Positions 1-8,652 of a stretch of DNA of 32,058 nt are shown here, piece by piece. The notes under the pieces were generated by a model. That model was not told where the DNA came from. It worked only from the letters and a program-made list of their open reading frames with translations, and did not search any database. Origin of the DNA: Stramenopiles sp. TOSAG23-2 (Eukaryota); contig LT649364.1 in assembly GCA_900128395.1 (NCBI GenBank), positions 1 through 32,058 on the forward strand. The letters run 5' to 3'. The stretch's first letter is position 1; every line of letters starts with the position of its first letter. The translations under genes and the position numbers were made by a program.

Positions 1-1125
1 GATCTAATTATGTTTTAAATGAAACTGACAAGGTAACTAAATTTTTTCAAAATGGTGATTTTTTTCCAAATTAGTATGGACATAGGCTGGACTAAAAATG
101 GAAAATTTAAAAATTACAAAAGGTAGTTTTTTGGGTATACAGGTACATAACTTTGGCAAAACAAATATCCACGATCAATTTATATATGTTTGGTAATAAA
201 CATACGAGATATATCAATATTTCTGTATCTATTTCATATTTGAATATCCGTTAAAAGTTAAAAAAAACGCGTAACCCTATAGCTGTAACTCTACTTGATA
301 GGTGGTTTTCACTCGTAGTGTCGGCTCTGTCTAACATTATTTAGTATAAAAATATTATACTAAATTCTTGATAGGTTTCAATCTTCCAAAAACGATATTT
401 ATAATTTATGTAAAAAAGTGAATTTCCATCTAAAATATGATATTTTGTATGATTTCATAGTAGATAGTATTTATATGTAATTTTAGGAAAAGGATGAAAT
501 TGTTAAAATGACGATGTAATTTTTACATGTTTTTTTTGTTTAAAAAAATGGATATTTTTATAATTAAATGATTTTTATGAATTTTATAATTTGTTTTAGT
601 TATTTCTGTAAATTAATAATTTATTTAAGTATAAATTTTAGTGTATAAATTTGATGCCAGAAATTCTGCTATCCCTAATTTCTGAAAACAAGAAATGTCA
701 AAATTATTTTGCCAATTGATAGGAAAAATGGTATACTAGTGGAGCCTAAGTTTCAAAAGGTATTTTCAATGTTTTTCCTTTGTTTTCTTGTAATGAAATG
801 AAAAATCCAACATTATAACAATGAAATATAAGAATTTGGGTCATAAATGCTCATTTTAATAAAATTTGATGAAAAATTTGCGAGTTGTAATGGTATTGCA
901 TGTTAATGGATCTATCCAACCTAAATAATCACAGCTAGCAGTAGCAAGCTGGGCAAGCCCAGCAAGCCCGGCAAGTAGCCAATAATAGAAATGAAAAATA
1001 CAAAAATAAAATAAAAAATAGAATTTATATAAAGACGAGAGATCTGGGAGATGGAAACATAACAATCCCCATTATTACAAACATTACAACAAAATCATCA
1101 ACAATACAACAAAATATTCATAATT

Positions 1126-2958
1126 ATGAGCAAGGTACAGACAAAAAGTACGCCAAAATCTACGGCTGCTGGTGTAGATTTATCTAAATTATTTCCAAAA
1201 TCTGTAAAACATACATTTAGTCGTTCTGCAGTTTACGCAAGAAATGGCATGGTAGCTGCCAGTCAACCATTAGCCTGTGACGCTGGTATATCTATTTTAA
1301 AAAAAGGTGGAAATGCTGTAGATGCTGCCATTGCTGTGGCAGGCGCATTAGCAGTGACTGAACCATGTTCAACCGGCATTGGTGGAGATGCATTTTTATT
1401 ATATTATCATGCTCAAACTGGGAAAGTATATTCTTTAAACGGTTCTGGCAGGTCAGCTATGAATGGCACAATTGAAGATATTAAAAAAGCTTTTCCTAAT
1501 CATTTTCAACAACAAAGCTTATCAATGAATTCTAATAAAAGCGATGTTTGGCCAGATGTTACCCACGGATTGACTGTGACTGTACCAGGAGCATCAATGG
1601 CATGGGGCGATGCTGTAGAAAAATGGGGAACAATGAAATTATCAGATGTTTTACAACCTGCAATTAATATTGCTACAAATGGTTTTCCGGTATCTCCTAA
1701 AACTGCAACTTTTTGGCTAGCGGGTAGCGGAAAGCTTAAAAAAAGTAAATTTGGCAAAGATATGTTAATGAAAAATGGTATCGATGCACCTGGTGCTGGT
1801 GAAATATTTCAAAACATACATTTAGCTCAATGTTTGAAAGAAATTGGTGAGCATGGGCCTAGAAAAGCAGTTTACGAGGGTCGAATTGGACAAGAGATAG
1901 TAAACATTGTGCAAGCTCGTGGTGGAAATTTAACAATGGATGATTTTAGACGTCATACTACTAGTTTTCCTGATCCAGTAAGAACAAATTATCGTGGAAT
2001 TGATGTATACGAACATCCACCGAATGGACAAGGTTTATGTGCATTATTAGGTTTAAACGTGTTAAAAGAAAGTCCATTAAAAAATGGCGTTGCACCGCAT
2101 AATTCATCATTGCGTTTGCATTATCAAATTGAAGCAATGCGTTTGGCATTTGCTGATGGAAGACATTATATTACTGACATGGATAGTAAGAATCCAACAC
2201 CAATTGATGAACTTTTGTCTGAGAAATATACGGAAAAAAGAAGAAAATTAATAAACCCAAAGAAAGCAACGATTGATGTAAAACATGGGAGTCCATTGAG
2301 TTCATCCGATACCGTCTCCTTCCAAGTTGTTGATAAATATGGCAATGCCGTCTCAATGGTGAATAGTAATTATCAAGGATTTGGTACAGGTATAGTACCT
2401 AGGGACTGCGGCTTTACACTCCAAAATAGAGGAGCTAATTTCTCGTTGCAAAAAGATCATTTTAATGTATATGCACCCAATAAACGACCATACCATACCA
2501 TCATACCTGGAATGTGCGTAATACCAAAAGAGTCATTGTTAAAAACACCAGGACTGCTATATAATAATAATAATAATAATAATAATAGCACCAATAGATT
2601 GGTGGACCAACTGTATTGTACATTTACAAATATGGGAGGATTCATGCAACCACAAGGTCATGTTCAAATTTTGTCCAATCTATTAGATTATGGTATGGAT
2701 CCACAAGATGCTTTGGATTCTCCACGTTTTTGTATTGCTGATGGACATGCAGATGGTAGGGTATATTTTGAAGATGGAATTAGTGAAGAAATAGTAAATG
2801 AATTGATTGCAATGGGCCACGTAACTGGAAGAGAAATAATAAGAAATGAAGGACGTTCCCTATTCGGCCGTGCACAAATTATTATGCGCGATCCTAGAAA
2901 TGGTGTATTAAGAGCTGGTAGCGATGGTCGAAGCGATGGAATGGCTCAAGGTTATTAA
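1126..2958 (+). CDS. ggt: Gamma-glutamyltransferase (Ntn-hydrolase, YwrD-like soluble type)
   Basis: 610-aa intronless ORF with GMVAASQPLA, GGNAVDAAIA, EPCSTGIGGDAF, PPNGQG, an autocleavage Thr in SSDTVSFQVVD..GNAVSMVNSNY.GFG, PNKRPYHTIIP, MGGFMQPQGH and terminal GSDGRSDG. No N-terminal TM anchor. Confidence 0.96.
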   Translation: MSKVQTKSTPKSTAAGVDLSKLFPKSVKHTFSRSAVYARNGMVAASQPLACDAGISILKKGGNAVDAAIAVAGALAVTEPCSTGIGGDAFLLYYHAQTGKVYSLNGSGRSAMNGTIEDIKKAFPNHFQQQSLSMNSNKSDVWPDVTHGLTVTVPGASMAWGDAVEKWGTMKLSDVLQPAINIATNGFPVSPKTATFWLAGSGKLKKSKFGKDMLMKNGIDAPGAGEIFQNIHLAQCLKEIGEHGPRKAVYEGRIGQEIVNIVQARGGNLTMDDFRRHTTSFPDPVRTNYRGIDVYEHPPNGQGLCALLGLNVLKESPLKNGVAPHNSSLRLHYQIEAMRLAFADGRHYITDMDSKNPTPIDELLSEKYTEKRRKLINPKKATIDVKHGSPLSSSDTVSFQVVDKYGNAVSMVNSNYQGFGTGIVPRDCGFTLQNRGANFSLQKDHFNVYAPNKRPYHTIIPGMCVIPKESLLKTPGLLYNNNNNNNNSTNRLVDQLYCTFTNMGGFMQPQGHVQILSNLLDYGMDPQDALDSPRFCIADGHADGRVYFEDGISEEIVNELIAMGHVTGREIIRNEGRSLFGRAQIIMRDPRNGVLRAGSDGRSDGMAQGY

Positions 2959-3419
2959 AATACGAAGTACAAAGGATATATGACTACTTATTAAATATAC
3001 CTGTGTGTGAAAATGCGAGTTCGTTTTTTTATTTTTTTTAAAAAAAAAAAATAAAATTAATTATTTTTTATTATTCCAAGAATTGTATGATTTAATTTAC
3101 GCATAATTTATTTTTAATTTACTCACACACACAAGATTAATTCTGGTTAAATTCTGACAAAAAAGAAAATATACACAATAAGCGAGGCAATAACATCTAG
3201 ATCTAGAGTATTAAAAACGCATACGAGGACATATCATATTATAAAAATATAAAAATTAAAAATATATATCATTTATGATAAAATTGTTTTTTTTAATTTT
3301 TACTTTTTCTTAACACATGATACGTAGCACACACATCATTAAAATGGGCTTTTATAAAAATCTAATCACAAGCTTCGTATACGAATATATATTGCTTCGC
3401 GTGTAGATTATATTTTTCA

Positions 3420-4940
3420 TCACAGCTTCAAAACAACTTTATCATGATAATTGGGATCTTCATCGCAGGTCCATATCCAACTTGCATATTTTGGCGTAAT
3501 CTCTAATTCCCCGAAACCATATTTTCGTTCTCGAACAGCTGACCATTTGGGCTTGTCATCAAAAAATCCGATTGCTAATCCTTCTCGATTCCCACCATCA
3601 CCAACTGTAATATATACGGTACCATCTTCTTGTTTTTTTTGTAGCTCTTCGTTTGTCGATGTTGGTCTGACTACTTTACCACGGTATATTGCATGTGTAC
3701 GTTCGTAACTATGAACATGACCTGAAAATACTATATTTACATGATAACGATTGAACAAAGGTTCGTAAACCTTTCTCATTTCCTCTGCTTCTTGATAATG
3801 TGCTTTGTTACTGCAATAGAATGGTTCATGGGTAACTACAAATAACCATGGAGTTTCTTTACGATTCACCTTTTTTAGATCTTCCTCGAACCATTTATAT
3901 TGTTTTGATTGTAAATCATAGGGACAATATGGACATAATATGACGAAATGTGCTAATTGTGATATCTCAAAGCTATAATATGTATTTCTAAATTCTGCAA
4001 ATTGTGCGGTAGGCATGTAAAATCTACGACGATATGCAAGAAACTCTTCCTTAATATCATTATTACCACACATGTGCCTCCCTTCAACATCATGATTGCC
4101 GGGTGCTACCATTATTGGAATACTGTTTGAAATATGATGGTGTTGCACAAAATCAAACCATGACTCCCACCGTGATTGATCACAATCTGCATAACTTAAA
4201 TCTCCTGCTATTATGATTGCATTTACTCGATCCTTACGTTCTTTTATTAGATCTAGTGTTTTTTGAGAAACTTTCGTCTGTCCTAAATCTCCTACAATAG
4301 CTACATTTACTTTAAAGTTATTATCGTTACCGTTATGCCCCTGACTCGATGGAGGAGTTTTGAATGAATATACCTCGCTCCACATTTGATTTTTCTGATT
4401 CTTCGAATTATCCCCAACTTGATAAAAATATCTCGTATCAGGCTTTAGATGGTTTATTTTTAAATGATGAAAATACTGGCTTTTGTATGTTGGTGGAAAT
4501 GTATAAAATTCATTTTGAGCTAATGTTTCCATTTCATTGTCAAGCTTCTGTTCATTTTTCCTCGATGAAGATATCGTAGTAACACTAGGAATGAAAAAAT
4601 TATCTTTGTTATTTATTGATAACTTCACACCTGGAGAGTCTATTTTATTACCAGTAGTAAATGAAAATATGTATGTATCTATCGTATCACTAAATGCTAA
4701 ATGAATATCTTTAATTTCAAAATCTTGTTCATTATTATTATTATCATCATCGTTATCATTATTGTCATGTCCTATCTCTATATTTTTTACCATTTCATAC
4801 TTGCTGGCATCTTTATCACCATTGCCACGTAACAATGCATTTCTACGAGCATGCCACGCACTCGCATTCGACAACGATAAGGATTGTAATATGAATATGG
4901 ATATAATTTGCATCAAAACCAAGATGCTTATTGTTTTCAT
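3420..4940 (-). CDS. Secreted purple acid phosphatase (metallophosphoesterase with N-terminal FN3-like domain)
   Basis: 506 aa with a hydrophobic signal peptide. All five PAP metal-ligand motifs are present: GDLG, GDLSY, GNHD, VVTH, GHVH. Also YITVGDGGNREG and a HxxxIxxLKPDTRYFYQVG FN3 signature. Confidence 0.95.
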   Translation of the reverse strand: MKTISILVLMQIISIFILQSLSLSNASAWHARRNALLRGNGDKDASKYEMVKNIEIGHDNNDNDDDNNNNEQDFEIKDIHLAFSDTIDTYIFSFTTGNKIDSPGVKLSINNKDNFFIPSVTTISSSRKNEQKLDNEMETLAQNEFYTFPPTYKSQYFHHLKINHLKPDTRYFYQVGDNSKNQKNQMWSEVYSFKTPPSSQGHNGNDNNFKVNVAIVGDLGQTKVSQKTLDLIKERKDRVNAIIIAGDLSYADCDQSRWESWFDFVQHHHISNSIPIMVAPGNHDVEGRHMCGNNDIKEEFLAYRRRFYMPTAQFAEFRNTYYSFEISQLAHFVILCPYCPYDLQSKQYKWFEEDLKKVNRKETPWLFVVTHEPFYCSNKAHYQEAEEMRKVYEPLFNRYHVNIVFSGHVHSYERTHAIYRGKVVRPTSTNEELQKKQEDGTVYITVGDGGNREGLAIGFFDDKPKWSAVRERKYGFGELEITPKYASWIWTCDEDPNYHDKVVLKL

Positions 4941-5061
4941 TTTATAATATTTTTAATTAATGAAGTCAAAAATGATTAGGAGGATCTAATGAAATCAATC
5001 GTACTTTTTGTGCACAGGAATACAAATCGACTAAACCACTATTAATATTATAAATACGGCT

Positions 5062-5080
5062 ATGTATGTATGTATATATT

Positions 5081-5112
<32 letters not shown>

Positions 5113-5120
5113 CATATATA
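5062..5120. repeat. Compound microsatellite (ATGT)n/(TA)n/(TG)n
   Basis: atgtatgtatgtatatatttatatatatatgtgtgtgtgtgtgtgtgtgtg read directly. Confidence 0.9.
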
Positions 5121-5302
5121 TCTTATTTTTAGTATGAAGTATTCTCTCTGATTGAATGTATATGTTTTTGGTTATTATTCTATAAATATATATACTTTTT
5201 TTCTTACTCTATATTTTTTCTTCTTCTATTACAACACCACCACTCTCCTACCAGGCCCAGCAGGCCTACCACCAGTGGTATAGGCCTATATAATATACTA
5301 CC

Positions 5303-6581
5303 TTATTTTTTAAAGTTAAGTTGTTGATCTTCACTTAATAATGCATTTGTTGGAAAAAGTTCTTTCCCACCTTCCCCTTCTTTGCTAGAGCTACTGTTAA
5401 CATTATTATTTTTCCCAGCTGAAAAAACTTGTCGAAATTTAAATATATCTGGTGCATTCTCTAATTTATCATGGGCTACTATACGTAATTGATCAATTTC
5501 ATCATTCCAACGTTTTGCATTTTTAAAATCATCTGCAACTATTGCAGTTGCTTTTCTAGTTTCTAATGACGCAATTTTCATGCCTATATCTTTTAATTGA
5601 TCTTCAATCTCTTTAAATATTGCAGCTTTTTCAAAATCATCTTTCTCTGCATAATATAACTTTGCACTTTGGCATTCACGTATTAATACAGCTGATTCAC
5701 TATCGAATTTCATATCAAATTCCAAATCATCAACAGCCTGTATATATATTATATGATATTTATGGCACAATAAATACGTAGTTGTCAGCATTTTTAAACA
5801 ATGTGGCGTGAAAAAAAATTATTAGTATATATATACTTACAACAGCATTTGCCAATGATTTTGGTGATTTTGAATTTTTCGGCGATAGTCTGTTACTACG
5901 GCTGAATTGATAATCAATTGTACTACGATGTTTCGATCGATTTCTTTGTGATGGCGAAGAAGATAACTTATTATCATCGTCAAACTCACGAATTTTGCTA
6001 TTACCACTTAGCGATGTCTTTACAGGAGTGTGAAATGAATGTACAAATGTATGTGTCACGTCTGGATTTTCACTTGCTGGTAATACAGGAGCAATATATC
6101 CTTTTTCTGTTAGGGACTCTTGAACCCAATCGCCTAAGACACTTAAACCAGTTATAGTAACTTGATTAAACAGATTTAGCGAATTCATGTGACAACCATG
6201 AATACGCAACATCAGTAATGAACATCGAACATTCAAGTTTATAGTTTTCACCTCTCTAGCTTTTAAACTACTTTTAGTATTATCAGTAAAAGAAAAGAAC
6301 CCAAGGCTATGATAATCCGTCCACATTGCGTTGGCAGTAGAAGACACGGTAGCTAATATTTCAACACGCATTGGGATTTGTTCCTCATGGGACATGACTT
6401 GTAATTCATTAACAGTTACCGGTAAACCGCTATTTAATTCAAGTATCAATGTTTGTGGCCATTCGCAAAATATATCAGTTGTCCACCCGCCACCGCCATT
6501 AGGATCAAAGTGTTCAATATTTTCAACTTTTTTATCAGTTGCTGATGAATAGACAACTTTTACTGGTATCCGTTTCAACAT
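5303..6581 (-). CDS. CEP104: CEP104/FAP256-like ciliary protein, short form (about 391 aa; exons 6581-5841 and 5737-5303)
   Basis: The N-terminal jelly-roll domain resembles CEP104 (GW..FCEWPQTLILEL, LQVMSHE, LGFFSF.DN.KS..KAREVKTI, H.N.LNLFNQV). Exon 2 has the CEP104 coiled coil DDLEFDM..D.E.A..IRE...K....DDF..A. A phase-0 splice joins the two ORFs in frame. Confidence 0.85.
5738..5840 (-). other. Spliceosomal intron (103 nt, phase 0) in CEP104-like gene
   Basis: Minus strand reads GTAAGT...ATACAG. Removal gives ...LANAV|AVDDLEFDM. Confidence 0.88.
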
Positions 6582-6853
6582 AATTATTATTTTACCATTA
6601 GTTTCTTAAAAATCTTCCAAAGTTTTAATTCATAATATACTATTTATCAAAAATTTTTATCTATGTATCTGTGTACTATAATCAAAGTGAATATGATTTC
6701 TATTTGGTAACTACTACCTTTTGTGTTTATTTATGGATCTTGAAATGAAATAGAAATATGATATAATTGCAAGTTTAATTTAATAATACACATGTGATTT
6801 TAAATTCTACTTTTGTATAACAGTTCCATCATCTTTTTGGAAGGAGGTGCAAA

Positions 6854-7124
6854 GTAGCTAGCCTGGCTAGCCAGCTAGGCACCTACTGGCCTATTATAGA
6901 GCTATAATAGCTCTACCACTGGTGGTACTCTGGCAAGCCAGCAAGCCAGCAAGCTAAAGCGCAGAGTCTTCCCAGCGGGCCAGCGAGCTGAGATTTCCAG
7001 CTTTGGCTTGCTGGTAGGTGCAAAAAGGCTGTGTGCTGCTGTGTGGGCTGTCCTCTCTGGCTTCTGGCTGTGCTATTAGGAGGACAATAGGAGTATTTGG
7101 CTGTACTTGGGGTATACCTAAGTA
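6854..7124 (+). other. GC-rich, highly self-complementary intergenic element (candidate structured ncRNA, MITE-like element or regulatory island)
   Basis: Stems at 6879-6886/7014-7021, 6891-6899/6902-6910, 6914-6919/6922-6927, 6946-6960/7000-7014, 7049-7055/7080-7086 and 7104-7111/7117-7124. No RNA family recognised. Confidence 0.45.
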
Positions 7125-7245
7125 TTCTAAATGAACCAACAAGTAAAGAATGGACAATCTAAATCGATATCTTTTATTAGTCTATAAATAACATAATTTA
7201 TTATTATTTTTTTATATATTAATATATATATAGAATTATAATTTT

Positions 7246-7246
<1 letters not shown>

Positions 7247-7274
<28 letters not shown>
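7247..7274. repeat. (TA)n microsatellite
   Basis: Uninterrupted TA run just 3' of the minus-strand 7295-8002 gene. Confidence 0.9.
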
Positions 7275-7277
<3 letters not shown>

Positions 7278-7294
7278 AAATATAATTTTTTAAT

Positions 7295-8002
7295 CTATTC
7301 TTTCTTGGCATCATTCACATTACTTTCCTTCGAAGCTTTTGCATCTTTCGTTGAATCAATGTCCCCTCCTGTAACAGCGCCATTGAGAATAGTTCCTGTT
7401 GCTTTAACTGTTTCACCAAGTAAAAACACCCCCAATTCTCCAGTGCCTATGACAAGCTCTCCAACAACTCCAGTGCGTGATTTGACAGTTTTAATCCCAG
7501 AACCAACATAGTTTGCAGACTGTTCTAGTGTTTCTGCAACTGGTTGAAAGATTTCAGCTCCAGATGTAAGAAATTCATCAAGGGCGTTTAGAAATTCCGA
7601 ATCTTGAACATCGGGTTGACCACCGGATTTTTCAATAGCGTTGGTAGCTTTTGCTTTTAAGTTCCTTACCGTATCAGCACATTCTTGCAAACGACTTCTA
7701 GACATATTCATTCGCTCTTTTAAATCCTTTAATTGCTCTTGTTTGTGCTTTTTTAAACCTTGATCTTGTTTCTCTAATGCAACCAGATCAATGTCAACTA
7801 ATTCCTCTGTTATATTACGAATAAATTGCTCTAAATATATAACCTCTTTCCATCTGTAAGCATGCTCTTTTATCATTAATTTTCCATATCTAAATTCACT
7901 ATCGGTAAATTGTTGAAATAATATGCTAGTCCGTCGTTTTGGTCTACGCTTTCCTTTACCTTTTCCTTTTGAGGAATCCCCTGAGTTAGGTGTATTTCCC
8001 AT
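7295..8002 (-). CDS. Hypothetical protein, predicted N-myristoylated, with coiled coil and Gly-rich hydrophobic C-terminal helices
   Basis: 235-aa ATG-TAG ORF with coding-like composition between AT-rich flanks. Starts MGNTPNS followed by polybasic KGKGKGKRRPKRRTS. Confidence 0.8.
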   Translation of the reverse strand: MGNTPNSGDSSKGKGKGKRRPKRRTSILFQQFTDSEFRYGKLMIKEHAYRWKEVIYLEQFIRNITEELVDIDLVALEKQDQGLKKHKQEQLKDLKERMNMSRSRLQECADTVRNLKAKATNAIEKSGGQPDVQDSEFLNALDEFLTSGAEIFQPVAETLEQSANYVGSGIKTVKSRTGVVGELVIGTGELGVFLLGETVKATGTILNGAVTGGDIDSTKDAKASKESNVNDAKKE

Positions 8003-8652
8003 TTTGATCGATCTTTAAATACTTTTACGATCTTAACTTTGATAATTGTTAGTCAAAGTATATTAAACATTATTAGGTAATATATTGCATTGTCATCCTC
8101 GTATTATAATAGATAAATACAGTATAAAATACATGCAACAACAAAAAATATCTTCGGTGCCAGCATGAAAAAAAATAATAATAAATATAATGAGGAGATT
8201 TTTTTTGTTGGGATTTTTTTGGATTTTGGGAATTGGATTTTCATAGGTATATTTTGTAGCATAAAATACTATTAATATGTACAATATTTTATAATACAGT
8301 ATTATAGAAAAGTCAGAAGTCAGAAGTCCATCCTGGCGTACAGCTGTGGCTGTGGATAAAAACAAAAAGGCTGGTGATGTGGACGTTAGTTGGATTGATT
8401 TTTTATAGCAGCCACTTTGGGTTTCTTTTTTCTTCATGCTGTGTGATGCTATAATTGAAATATTAATCACTGCAATGCATCTCACTAATACTACTACTAC
8501 TAAAACTAGACAACTGATGATACGTACAATAATAAAAATATTTCGTCTAATACAATTACAAATATAAAATAAACAGAACGTAAAAATGGAAAAACGTTTT
8601 TATTGAAGGAAATCATCTTGTGAATAATTAATAATACCTTATTAGTACTATT

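Noticed and set aside
1-860. Long very AT-rich stretch as a possible transposon remnant or centromere-like DNA
   Set aside because: No ORF, terminal repeats or tandem periodicity visible, and it is cut by the window edge.
5760-5791. Overlapping ORFs 5303-5791 and 5760-6581
   Set aside because: Explained by a 103-nt intron.
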